A model generated the notes under the pieces. The model worked only from the letters and a program-made list of their open reading frames with translations. It made no database searches and was not told the DNA's origin. The translations under genes and the position numbers were made by a program. A stretch of 64,000 nt of DNA from an uncultured cyanobacterium (GTDB lineage: Bacteria > Cyanobacteriota > Cyanobacteriia > Cyanobacteriales > CAWCAG01). Positions 1 to 9,895 of the stretch are shown here, one piece after another. The DNA is taken from the NCBI GenBank assembly GCA_963803805.1, contig CAWDOD010000011.1:544001-608000 (forward strand), given 5' to 3'. Numbering within the stretch: the first letter of the stretch is position 1; every line of letters begins with the position of its first letter.

Positions 1-170
1 ACTTCTTCGGCTGGCAACCAATTACGTACAGCTTCATAGGTTAACCAACGCCCCAATTCTGTCATAGCACTTTTGAACATCACAGAAGGAGTTTGGCGAT
101 CGCGGGCTACCGCTAGCCAATGCTTGATTAAAGGATGATCGGGAACGTAAACACGTAATTGCAAAGGCAT
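1..170 (-). CDS. upp: Uracil phosphoribosyltransferase, 5' part (runs off window)
   Basis: Hand translation MPLQLRVYVPDHPLIKHWLAVARDRQTPSVMFKSAMTELGRWLTYEA, typical cyanobacterial Upp N-terminus; not in the ORF track. Confidence 0.92.
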   Translation of the reverse strand, partial: MPLQLRVYVPDHPLIKHWLAVARDRQTPSVMFKSAMTELGRWLTYEAVRNWLPAEE

Positions 171-173
171 ATT

Positions 174-211
174 CAGGGAGCAGGGAGCAGGGAGTAGGGA
201 GCAGGGAGTAG
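174..211. repeat. Heptamer short tandem repeat (C/T)AGGGAG x5 (STRR-type)
   Basis: Seen directly; a related tract lies at ~53150-53175. Confidence 0.9.
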
Positions 212-278
212 TGAAGAAATAGTTAATTGATTTATGGCAGTAGTGCCATAAAACGAGCAGTCGGGTATTGGATATTTA

Positions 279-668
279 CTATTTAGCGATCGCCCTTATA
301 AACCAACTAGCCACACTAATATTTGTCCCTTCGTTCAAACGTACCAGAGTTTGGTTAAGCAAAGCAATGGGCAACCCCAGCAAAGCTAGAGAATGAGTAA
401 TTTGTTGATATCTCCCATCTTCTTGCAAACCAAATGCTATTACTCTTACTCCTTGCACATCTATTACCCAATATTCAGGTATTTTAAAATCGGCATAGAG
501 TCGTTTCTTTTCATCCAAATCCGTTGCCAGAGTAGTATCACTAATCTCTCTTACTAAATCTGGTACTCGCCACTTATCTAAATTAATCCGACGCTTTTCT
601 CCTTGTTGCCATTGGGGAATATCTTGGTTAGAAGCTCTGGAATTAGCTATAGAAGTTGAAGCTACCAT
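279..668 (-). pseudogene. N-terminally truncated Uma2-family endonuclease
   Basis: PDLVREISDTT...K..LY...IPEYWVID motifs; N-terminal part of the family missing. Confidence 0.7.
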
Positions 669-749
669 AAATCCAAGCGGTTTGGTAAGGATTCATTCGT
701 ATCTTAACTTGACTCCAACTTTTAGTCTCTTACTGCCAACCCAAGAATT

Positions 750-802
750 TATTGAGAAATATTTGCATTAGTATTGACATATTATCTCAATAAGCCTATA
801 TT
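750..802 (+). promoter_or_regulatory. Sigma70 promoter with overlapping Fur-box-like sites
   Basis: TTGACA 774-779, 17 bp spacer, TATATT 797-802; AT-rich inverted elements TATTGAGA...TCTCAATA. Confidence 0.75.
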
Positions 803-808
803 GAATTT

Positions 809-890
809 CAGTGTTCTCCTCTCTTAAGAGATCGGCAGGTAAGATTGGTTAGCGGGCAAGGCATAGCTAACCAATCTCCTCTTTCTTTTT
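809..890 (+). ncRNA. isaR1: IsaR1-like iron-stress activated sRNA
   Basis: 5' CAGTGTTCTCCTCTCTTAAG(A)GATCGGCAG resembles the conserved IsaR1 5' region as I recall it; perfect 12-bp stem (842-853/866-877) plus U-rich tail; Fur-type promoter. Confidence 0.8.
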
Positions 891-943
891 ACCTTTAAGA
901 TAATAAGGTTAGAACAAGATACTCACCCATTGGGGACAAAGGT

Positions 944-1753
944 ATGATTCGCTGGATATTAAGTCTATTTTGCTTTTGCTACTTTTTAAGTATTGCCCCT
1001 CCAGTTATGGCACAAGAAGCTGATTTACCTGCTGTAACGCAACAAAAACTACAAAAGGGGGAAGAAATAGCTCAAAAAGCTTTAAATGCTGCGGAGAAGG
1101 GAGATTTTGCTACCGCAGAGGAGTATTGGACAGAATTAACCGAAGAATTTCCTACTAACCCAGCAGTATGGAGTAATCGAGGTAATACGCGAGTTGGCCA
1201 AAATAGATTAGCAGAAGCGATCGCCGATTTTGATAAATCTATCGAATTAGCCCCTGATGCAGCAGATCCTTATTTGAATAGAGGTGCGGCTTATGAAGGG
1301 CAAGGGCGTTGGCAAGAAGCTTTAGCCGACTATGAAAAAGTTTTGAGTATTGCTCCAGAAGAACCTTTAGCCTACAATAACCGAGGTAATGCTAAAGCAG
1401 GGCAAGGACGCTGGGAAGAAGCCCTACAAGACTATAAAAAAGCAGCAGATATGTCTCCTGACTTTGCTTTTGCCCGCGCCAATTATGCCTTAACAGCTTA
1501 TCAAACAGATCGTCAAGAAGAGGCAGTGCGTACCATGCGTAACCTAGTACGCAAGTATCCTATGTTTCCTGATATGCGAGCAGCCCTAACAGCAGTTCTC
1601 TGGCAACAAGGACAACAAGGAGAGGCAGAAAGTAACTGGGTAGCAGCAGTGGGTATTGACAATCGCTATCAAGATATTGATTGGGTGAAAAACATCCGGC
1701 GTTGGCCTCCTAAAATGGTTGTAGCTTTGGAAAAGTTTCTTAATTTGGAATAA
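944..1753 (+). CDS. Conserved TPR protein with signal peptide and C-terminal RRWPP motif
   Basis: TPR repeats (WSNRG, YLNRG, YNNRG). Confidence 0.85.
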   Translation: MIRWILSLFCFCYFLSIAPPVMAQEADLPAVTQQKLQKGEEIAQKALNAAEKGDFATAEEYWTELTEEFPTNPAVWSNRGNTRVGQNRLAEAIADFDKSIELAPDAADPYLNRGAAYEGQGRWQEALADYEKVLSIAPEEPLAYNNRGNAKAGQGRWEEALQDYKKAADMSPDFAFARANYALTAYQTDRQEEAVRTMRNLVRKYPMFPDMRAALTAVLWQQGQQGEAESNWVAAVGIDNRYQDIDWVKNIRRWPPKMVVALEKFLNLE

Positions 1754-1883
1754 TTTTAACTATTTTGGGCAACTCTTGAGGAATAGTAGTTGTACCACTT
1801 ACTAATAACTATCACTAAAACCAAGCAAAATAAGCTTTCTAAATATCATTTATAGCAATGGAGAACTTATTAGTTATTACTTA

Positions 1884-2870
1884 TTATTCAATTTCCCGAA
1901 CTCTTTCTGAATAATCTTGAGGGCGCGATCGCCGGAAGGTATTTAAAGCGGCTTGCCGTAAAGTTAAAGGTAGGTAAGATAAAAAGAAACCAAAGGTTGA
2001 TTTTTGAGAATTTCCTAACACAGCATTTGCTTCTTGTAAAAGTTTTCTTCCTGCTGCTGCTTCACCACTTTCAATTAGCCTTAAACCCAAAGCTTGTTGA
2101 GTACCTGCTAATTTGTATTGCCTGTCTTTTTCTAACTCTAAATCAGGAAATCGATAACTATCAATACAAAATACTTTTGCTTTTAAGAAATGGAGATTTT
2201 GCCTTAAACTAGTTTGCTGTCCGTGGAAGCGATATTCCATTAATAATTCCGGCAAGAAATAACCTTTTTTCCCCGCTAAAGCTAAGCGTACTAACAAGTC
2301 AAAATCCTCACAACCATCAGCTTCAGGACGCATATAATCAATTTCTTGTAAACAGCTATGGCGAAAAAGAGTAGAACCAACTTGTAAGCTTTGTTTTTGG
2401 AAAGTTTCTCTCATTAAATCGGGAATTATTCCTGCTTGAAGATTATCTTTTCCCCACTTAGCAGAATTCTCCTTAGTTGCTTCTAAATCCCGTTTCCCTT
2501 TACTATTAATAACCCAGTGATCGCTACAAACAAAATCCACTTCAGGATGATGATCTAAAACCGCTACAGTTTTAGCTAAAAACTCTGGAGTTAAGCCATC
2601 ATCGTCGTCAAATTTAATAAAATACTCCCCCTTTGCTGCCTCAAAACCGGAACGCATATTACGACTGCGGCCAATATTTTGGGGATGACGAAGATAATTA
2701 AGGCGAGGATCTTCCCATTTACCAACAACTTCTGGAGTATCATCGGTGGAACCATCGTCGCAGATAATTAGTTCAAAATCTTTGTAAGTTTGGTTGAGTA
2801 CACTGTCGACAGAATAAGCTAAATAATCAGAACGATTATAAGTAGGTATACAAATACTAACTTTAGGCAT
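1884..2870 (-). CDS. Glycosyltransferase family 2
   Basis: VSICIPTYNR, DDGS, DDDD, EDFDL motifs. Confidence 0.9.
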   Translation of the reverse strand: MPKVSICIPTYNRSDYLAYSVDSVLNQTYKDFELIICDDGSTDDTPEVVGKWEDPRLNYLRHPQNIGRSRNMRSGFEAAKGEYFIKFDDDDGLTPEFLAKTVAVLDHHPEVDFVCSDHWVINSKGKRDLEATKENSAKWGKDNLQAGIIPDLMRETFQKQSLQVGSTLFRHSCLQEIDYMRPEADGCEDFDLLVRLALAGKKGYFLPELLMEYRFHGQQTSLRQNLHFLKAKVFCIDSYRFPDLELEKDRQYKLAGTQQALGLRLIESGEAAAGRKLLQEANAVLGNSQKSTFGFFLSYLPLTLRQAALNTFRRSRPQDYSERVREIE

Positions 2871-3004
2871 GATAGGCGATTTGCAAAAGATAACTGATAA
2901 GCTGACAACTGAGTTATAACGGTATAGGACTTTAAGCGTAGCATCCGTATTTACTCATCATCTCTTCTATTACACCCTGACAAATGTTAAATGGTAAATG
3001 TTAA

Positions 3005-3976
3005 ATGATACTACCCCCAGTTGCAGTTATTATTCCCATTTACAATGGTGAGGCAGATGTACCTAATCTCGTTGATTGTTTATTGTGCCAAACTTATCCT
3101 CCGGAATTGGTGGAGTATTTATTGGTAGATAATAATAGCAGCGATCGCACCGCAGAACTTATTAAGGATGCCCAGGAAAAAGCTAAACTTCAAGGCCTTA
3201 CCCTACGTTACCTCACTGAAGACCAAATCCAAAGTTCCTATGCAGCAAGGAATAAAGGTATTCAAGCTACTAAAGCAGAAATTCTCGCTTTTACCGATGC
3301 TGATTGTCGCCCCCAACCGGATTGGTTGATGAAGCTAATTCCCCCCTTTGCAAAGCCGGAAATTGGTTTGGTGGTAGGGGAAATCCTGGCTTTACCTGGT
3401 AAGACTATTTTGGAAAAACACGCTGAGGGACAGGGCATTTTATCCCAGAAGAATACCTTAGCACATCCATTTTGTCCCTATGGTCAAACAGCTAACTTAG
3501 CAGTCAGGAAAAAAGCTTTCGCAGAGGTTGGTTTATTTCGTCCCCACCTTACCACAGGGGGAGATGCAGATATGTGTTGGCGCATCCAAAAAGAAGCAGC
3601 TTGGCAACTCCACTTCGCCGAAGATGCCATCATCCGTCACCGTCACCGTGAAACAATTAAAGAATTAGCCAGTCAATGGCGTAGATATGGGCGTTCAAAC
3701 CGTTACTTAAACCAACTCCACGGTATTCCCCTACGCCCTAAAGTTGAGAACAAACATTATCTTTTTTTGCTGACTCGCTGGTTATTAAAAGAACTACCTT
3801 TGAATATAGTTAAAGCCATAATGGGGAAAACTAATTATATAAATGCGATCGCAACTCCGATTAATGTTTTTTGTATCAAAGCTAGGGATGAAGGTCAAAC
3901 TCAAGCAAGTTTACCAGAAGAAGCCAAACAAATTCCCGCTTATTTTGACGGGGTGACTGGGGGAAGTAATAAGTAA
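3005..3976 (+). CDS. Glycosyltransferase family 2
   Basis: IIPIYN, VDNNS, FTDAD, QWRRY motifs. Confidence 0.9.
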   Translation: MILPPVAVIIPIYNGEADVPNLVDCLLCQTYPPELVEYLLVDNNSSDRTAELIKDAQEKAKLQGLTLRYLTEDQIQSSYAARNKGIQATKAEILAFTDADCRPQPDWLMKLIPPFAKPEIGLVVGEILALPGKTILEKHAEGQGILSQKNTLAHPFCPYGQTANLAVRKKAFAEVGLFRPHLTTGGDADMCWRIQKEAAWQLHFAEDAIIRHRHRETIKELASQWRRYGRSNRYLNQLHGIPLRPKVENKHYLFLLTRWLLKELPLNIVKAIMGKTNYINAIATPINVFCIKARDEGQTQASLPEEAKQIPAYFDGVTGGSNK

Positions 3977-4043
3977 TAAGTTAAGAATATACTATTCCCT
4001 AGCACGATTAGCAATTAGCCACTAGCCACTATCCACTAGCAAT

Positions 4044-4955
4044 ATGAAAATTTCTGCCATCATTTGTACCCATAACCGAGATAATTATCTTGGCGCAGCT
4101 ATTGATAGTTTGTTGGAACAAGACTTTGTTGATTATGAGGTTTTGGTTGTTGATAATGCTTCTACTGATAATACCCGTAAAGTAGTAGAAGATCGTCTTG
4201 ATCATCCTCGTTTGCGTTATATTTATGAATCTACCCTCGGTTTATCTGCGGCTCGTAATCGGGGTGCAAAAGAGACAACCGGGGAGATTATTGCTTATTT
4301 AGATGATGATGCTGAAGCAAGCCCTCAATGGTTAAAAGAATTAGTTATTGCTTATGAAAATAACGAGAAATTAGCCGTTGCTGGGGGCAAAGTTACCTTG
4401 ATTTGGCCTGAAGGTATCACTCCTCCGCAATGGATTTCCCAGGAATTATCAGGTAATTTAGGTTACTATGATTTAGGAGATGAAGTAGTTTTAATTACCG
4501 AGCCGGGCTTAACTCCTAGAGGGCTAAATTATTCTTTGCGTCGCACTTTCCTAGATTCTATTGGTGGCTTCGATATCAACTTAGGCAGAGTGGGAAAAAA
4601 CTTACTTTCTAACGAAGAATTATATATGACCGAACTTGCCTTACAAAAAGGTTGGCAAGTCGCCTATATTCCCAAAGCATTAGCTGCCCATAATGTCTCT
4701 GTTGAGCGTACCAAACCGGGTTGGTTTTTGTCTCGTAGTTGGTGGCAAGGAATTAGTGAATGTTACCGTGAAGAGGTGGCAGGAAGAACAGGTTGGCAGC
4801 AAATTGAAAGAGGCTCAGAACGTATTATCCGGGGGTTATATAAGTCTCTAAAATACTTCCGTAACCCGGCAGTGCGTTTTGATAATTTCGCCTATGCTTA
4901 CGGTCAATTTGGTTATTTAAAAGCCGTTATTCAGCATCTAGTTAATAGAAAGTAG
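4044..4955 (+). CDS. Glycosyltransferase family 2 (polysaccharide synthesis cluster)
   Basis: IICTHNR, VDNAS, YLDDD motifs. Confidence 0.9.
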   Translation: MKISAIICTHNRDNYLGAAIDSLLEQDFVDYEVLVVDNASTDNTRKVVEDRLDHPRLRYIYESTLGLSAARNRGAKETTGEIIAYLDDDAEASPQWLKELVIAYENNEKLAVAGGKVTLIWPEGITPPQWISQELSGNLGYYDLGDEVVLITEPGLTPRGLNYSLRRTFLDSIGGFDINLGRVGKNLLSNEELYMTELALQKGWQVAYIPKALAAHNVSVERTKPGWFLSRSWWQGISECYREEVAGRTGWQQIERGSERIIRGLYKSLKYFRNPAVRFDNFAYAYGQFGYLKAVIQHLVNRK

Positions 4956-5065
4956 ATGCTACATTTTTTATGCTAGGGAAAATTGAAAAAAGCGGGGGAT
5001 TTATCGACGATAGCTACCAAGTAAGACTGATAGAAATTAGTTTCTAAAGGTATAATGAGATTTAT

Positions 5066-5897
5066 ATGTCTTTGGAGGGTTGTTTTTCTATCATGGTAGA
5101 GATAGGAAAATTGTTTCGTGCCTGTAATCCTAATAAAACTCTAGACTTAAGTAAAGCTGAAGATTGGAGGTATTACATCGACTTTGCCAAGGTGAGAGGC
5201 AATAGTATCATTCAAGAGTTACAACGTACTATTGTTCTCTCAGAAGATGAACCGACTTGCCAATTATTCACTGGTCACATTGGTTGCGGCAAATCCACGG
5301 AGTTATCTAAATTGAAGACACAGTTAGAAAAAGAAGGCTTTCATGTCGTCTATTTCAAGTCTTCCCAAGATTTAGATATGGCTGATGTAGATATTAGTGA
5401 TATTTTACTAGCGATTACCCGCCAAATCAGCCAGAGTTTAGAGGATGCAGGAATTAAGCTGCAACCTAGTCGCTTTCAGGAGTTACTCCAAGGTGCAGCT
5501 ACTTTACTGAATTCTGATGTCATGGGTTTAAATGTTAAAGTCCCCAAGGGAGGTAATTGGGGATTAAAAGCGGAGAGTGATAAATTCAATCTTTCTCTGG
5601 GTATTGCCGAAATTACGACCAAAGCTAAGAATAGCACAACAATCCGTTCTCTTTTGCGGCAACATCTCGAACCAAGAGTTAATAGTATTTTAGAAGCCCT
5701 TAATCAGGAATTGATTGCCCCGGCACAACAACAACTTGAGGAGCAAAACAAGCCCGGATTAGTGGTAATTGTTGATAATTTAGATTGCATTGATAATAGA
5801 ATCCGTTTGGGAGACAAATCTCAACCGGAGTACCTATTTATTGAACGAGGGGAACAACTCAACAAACTTCAATGCCATGTTGTCTATACTATTCCCC
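5066..5897 (+). pseudogene. P-loop ATPase (GHIGCGKSTEL family), 3' end cut by IS
   Basis: Walker A GHIGCGKS, Walker B VVIVDNLD; the frame runs into the IS terminal repeat and stops. Confidence 0.85.
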
Positions 5898-7225
5898 CTG
5901 GTTGACTGACAAAACTTATGTTGTTGGATAAGAGTAAGTCTGCACCTGGAACTCAAATTGATAGAGTCGTTTTTGGTGCTGCTTTCGTGAAGCCATAGCA
6001 GGTGAGGGGTCTTGGTTTGTCCTAAAGCAAACCCTATCAATAAGTTTCCATCCTTGAATTAATGCTCCTTTAACCCAATCCCAACCAATACGAAGATAGC
6101 TGTTGCCACGAAACCAATGAGTATCAACCCATCTTCGCTTTCGGGACTCGACAACCTCAACCCCTTGTGCGCTGAGATAGAGGGTAGCCACAGCTAAAAT
6201 AAAAAATAACCTGGACAAGGCACAGACATTTCTGATTGATGAGCGTTGAATATTCCATGCTTGAGACTGGTCATCAAGAAAGTTTTCTTCAATATCAAAG
6301 CGTAACCCATATTCAGCAAAAGTCTGTAGAGTTGTTTTTTCATCACTGACGATAGCCCAAAACTCGCCATTAACGTTATTACGACCCACAATGACATTGA
6401 TTAGTTGGGATTGGGAGTGTTTATATAGCCTGACATGATGTAAACAAAGTGCCTCTCCTCGATTAAAGTGGAAATGCTTGAGTTGACACCAACCTTTACC
6501 TCCTCGAAATATCCAGCTATTACTTTTGAGCCTGATTCGGTAATGCCATCCCAGTTGGTTGGTTAACATTTCCATCAACTCACTATGAACAAATCCTCTA
6601 TCTGCCAAGAGTATTACCTTTAACCCTGCCGGTAATCTTGTCTTTGCTTGTTGAAGTATTTCTTGATAATCTTGGAAAGACACACTCGCACTTTTGTGTT
6701 TCATCACTCGCCACACGATTGGTAATGCTCTCCCCCGATGAATGACACATAAGCGCACCAAGCAGTATTCTTCCCAAAACATTGATGTATCCAATCCCAA
6801 ATACATTTTCTGCTCTTCCCAGTCAGCTAGTGCTGCTGTGATTAGAGGTTTATAGAGCCTATGTATATTGATTCGAGGATTATTCAACCATCTTTGAACA
6901 CGCCTTTGCTTACTTTGAGCATATAACCCTCGACAAGGTATATAAACAGACCATTTAGTTAGATTCACGCTACCTGTATGGACTAAGGCAAATATTATCC
7001 AGATGCAAGTTTTTAGATGTGTTTGATGTTTCCAATTACTACCTTGACCCAGCCATGATTTCAAGGCACTGTAAAGAGGGGAGTTCTTTTTCATCGTATT
7101 GCGAAAGATTTGAGTGGTTTCTTCTCTTTCACAATCGGAGGCTCCCCTCCTCTTTGTCAACTCCCTCAATCTCTTTCTCTTTCTTCCGTTTCCTCTCTCC
7201 CTACCATCTTTTGTCAGTCAACCAG
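5898..7225 (-). mobile_element. IS4-family insertion sequence, copy 1 (1328 bp)
   Basis: 17-bp terminal inverted repeats CTGGTTGACTGACAAAA; same length as copy 2 and identical transposase. Confidence 0.95.
5916..7169 (-). CDS. IS4-family DDE transposase (likely start at MKKNSP)
   Basis: LGLDTS, LLADRGF, Y-x2-R-x3-E (YGLRFDIEENF) signature. Confidence 0.92.
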   Translation of the reverse strand: MRELTKRRGASDCEREETTQIFRNTMKKNSPLYSALKSWLGQGSNWKHQTHLKTCIWIIFALVHTGSVNLTKWSVYIPCRGLYAQSKQRRVQRWLNNPRINIHRLYKPLITAALADWEEQKMYLGLDTSMFWEEYCLVRLCVIHRGRALPIVWRVMKHKSASVSFQDYQEILQQAKTRLPAGLKVILLADRGFVHSELMEMLTNQLGWHYRIRLKSNSWIFRGGKGWCQLKHFHFNRGEALCLHHVRLYKHSQSQLINVIVGRNNVNGEFWAIVSDEKTTLQTFAEYGLRFDIEENFLDDQSQAWNIQRSSIRNVCALSRLFFILAVATLYLSAQGVEVVESRKRRWVDTHWFRGNSYLRIGWDWVKGALIQGWKLIDRVCFRTNQDPSPAMASRKQHQKRLYQFEFQVQTYSYPTT

Positions 7226-8813
7226 GGCTGGCACAGTGAGTTTTAGCCCTGATGGGGATATATTGGCTTCCGGTCACTATGGCGGCATAATTAAGTTGTG
7301 GAACACAGAAACAGGAGAACAAATTCGCATCTTCGACAACAGATCAAATTATAGTGAAAGAGAGATTGTGGATTTTAGCCCTGACGGTAACATAGTAGTT
7401 TCTGGTAATGCCAGCGGTGGTATAACTTGGTGGAGTGTGGAGAAAGGAGAAGAGATACACTCCGATATCCGTAGCGGTCATGATGGCGGCAACCCTGTCT
7501 CCAGCGTAGAGTTTAGTCCTGATGGAAATATATTAGCTTCTGGTGGTGAAGATGGAACTATCAAACTATGGAGTGTAGGAACAGGAAACGAAATTATCAC
7601 CCTCCGGGGTCATGATGATGTTGTACATAGCATCAGTTTTAGTCCTCATGGAAAGGTATTAGCTTCTAGCAGTAACGATGGAACTATCAAATTGTGGAAT
7701 TTAGAGAAAGGAAGAGGAATCGATATTATTGGCAGGGGTAACGAATCTAGAATTACAGAAAGTTTTAATCTTGATGGTAATGTGTTGGCTCTTGTTAGTA
7801 ATGACGGAACTGTCATGCTATGGAACGTGGAGACAGGAGAAGAAATTATCACTATTCCAGTATACTTTTATACTGTCGATGGCGTAAAGTATTTGTTCAA
7901 GGTGCGTAGTGTAATTTTTAGCAACGAGGCTAAAGTATTAGCTCTTATTCATGATGACCAGGCTGTTAAATTATGGGATGTAGAGAAAGGAGAGGAATTT
8001 TCCACCATCCCACAGCATACTTACACTTCCAACAATGAAACTTATATTGCCAATTTCGGGAGCGCAGCTTTTAGCCATGATGGGAAGATATTATCCCTCA
8101 AATACAGCGACGGTACGATTAAGCGATGGGATATAGAGAAAGGAGAAGAAGTAAAGACTTTCCAAGGTAATGAGGATTACAGGAATCTAAGCTTTAATTC
8201 AGATGGAAGATTACTAACTTTTTCCATTAGTGAGAACAATATTATTACGTTATGGGATGCAGAGAAAGGAGAACAAATTACAACTTTCCAGAGAGGTAGA
8301 GGCAGTTTAGAGCATGTAGATTTTAATTCAGATGGAGAGTTATTAGCATATTTTGTTGATGAAGATAGCAATATTACGCTATGGGATATAGAGAAAGGAG
8401 AACAAATTAGCACTTTCCCAATAAACGAATACTACAACGTCAGTTATGGCAGCTCAGCCGGGGAAGTATCAGCTAAATTTAGTTTAGATGGAACAATGTT
8501 AACAGCGTTTACAGGTCAAGATTATACAAGTACAACCTTCAGACTCTGGGACATAGTGGGAGAGGAAGAAATCTTTACTCTTCAATTTGCATGGTATGAC
8601 ATGAACCTATATTCCAGACCCAATGATATATTTCTTACTAATAAGGAATTATTGGTATTTGATTTTGGCCAAGGGATTCTCCAATTTAGGCATACGAACT
8701 TGAACTTTTTAATAAAACGCAGTTGCGATCGCATCCGCAATTACTTAAAGTACAACCCCAACGTTAAAGAAGAAGATAAACGCTTGTGTGATGGTATTGG
8801 TATGGCAGATTAG
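7226..8813 (+). pseudogene. WD40-repeat protein, 5' end removed by IS
   Basis: Multiple FSPDG/GH...LW repeats; C-terminal CD...YL..NP...LC motif; the predicted ORF start lies inside the IS. Confidence 0.88.
8748..8802 (+). repeat. Direct repeat copy A (WD40 gene 3' end)
   Basis: 47/55 nt identical to 9616-9670 by hand alignment. Confidence 0.85.
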
Positions 8814-8871
8814 AGAAGGAAATTTCTCACGAAACGCTATACTCATCCGTGAGTGCAACTAAATCACAACC

Positions 8872-9288
8872 ATGCCAGCCAAAGACATCTATCATCACCA
8901 ACTCAAAAATGCTCTGATTAAAGATGGCTGGACAATTACCGATGACCCCTTAATTTTATCCATCGGTAAAAAGGATTTATTTGTTGACTTAGGAGCAGAA
9001 AAAATAATTGCTGCGGAAAAAAATAATCGCAAGATTGCGGCGGAAATCAAAAGCTTCGTTGGTAGATCGCAAATTAATGACTTAGAAAATGCTGTAGGTC
9101 AATATATGGTTTACCATCAGGTTTTATTGGAAACTAAAAGTGAGCGAGTTTTATATTTAGCGATTAGGCAATCATCTTATCAAGAAGTATTTGAAGAAAC
9201 TCTAGGTAAAATATTTTTAAAAAAGAAGCTGATTAACTTAATTGTTTTTGATGAAAACAAGGAGAGTATCTTACAGTGGATAGACTAA
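8872..9288 (+). CDS. xisH: XisH-family protein (restriction-endonuclease fold)
   Basis: MPAKDIYH...KDGWTITDDP...DLGAE...EIKSF...GQY. Confidence 0.93.
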   Translation: MPAKDIYHHQLKNALIKDGWTITDDPLILSIGKKDLFVDLGAEKIIAAEKNNRKIAAEIKSFVGRSQINDLENAVGQYMVYHQVLLETKSERVLYLAIRQSSYQEVFEETLGKIFLKKKLINLIVFDENKESILQWID

Positions 9289-9611
9289 CGGAACTTTATA
9301 ACATCATCTATCCTATTCTCAAGGAATATGCAGACTTGCCCTATGCAGACCGGAATTTAAAACATAAATTAGTCATCAGTGATGATCACAAAGACTATCT
9401 ATTAATGACCATCGGCTGGCGAGATGATGTCAAAATACATGGTTGTGTGGTTCATCTAGAAATTATTGACCAGAAGGTGTGGATACATCGGGATGGCTTA
9501 GAAGATGGTATTGCCGATGATTTACTCAGAGCCGGCATCCCTCCAAATCAGATCGTCCTGGCTTTTCATCCTCCCAAAATTAGACACTATACTGAATTTG
9601 CTGTCAATTAA
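9276..9611 (+). CDS. xisI: XisI-family protein
   Basis: YLLMTIGW...HGC..H.EI...KVWIHRDG.EDGIA..L...GIP...IVLAFHPP; overlaps xisH. Confidence 0.93.
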   Translation: MDRLTELYNIIYPILKEYADLPYADRNLKHKLVISDDHKDYLLMTIGWRDDVKIHGCVVHLEIIDQKVWIHRDGLEDGIADDLLRAGIPPNQIVLAFHPPKIRHYTEFAVN

Positions 9612-9615
9612 ATGC

Positions 9616-9670
9616 AAATACAATCGCAACATCAAAGAAGAAGATAAACACTTATGTGACGGTATTGGTA
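9616..9670 (+). repeat. Direct repeat copy B (orphan WD40 C-terminus KYNRNIKEEDKHLCDGIG)
   Basis: Matches 8748-8802; starts just after the xisI stop. Confidence 0.85.
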
Positions 9671-9895
9671 AAAATAAGCAGAAAAAAGTATAAATTAAGG
9701 TTTCCATGAAGAACAAACAGAATTAACCACCTCTTAACAGTGCATCTGTAGCCTCACAAGGAGCCAACCGTAAAGCTGAGTTCGATTTAGAGTTGGAAAT
9801 TTCTCTTGATTTATCGTTTCACTACGGAAGTCCTATAATTGATAATCAGTAACTAACAATTTCCTTTACCTAAAACCCACTACCTAAAATCTAAA

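Noticed and set aside
1884-4955. Assignment of the glycosyltransferases to specific hps genes
   Set aside because: Plausible, but I cannot assign symbols reliably without a search
7019-7246. ORF starts at 7019, 7110 and 22746 that appear to give new N-termini to the WD40 genes
   Set aside because: They are antisense readings of the IS left end, and different frames fuse at the two copies; probably chance
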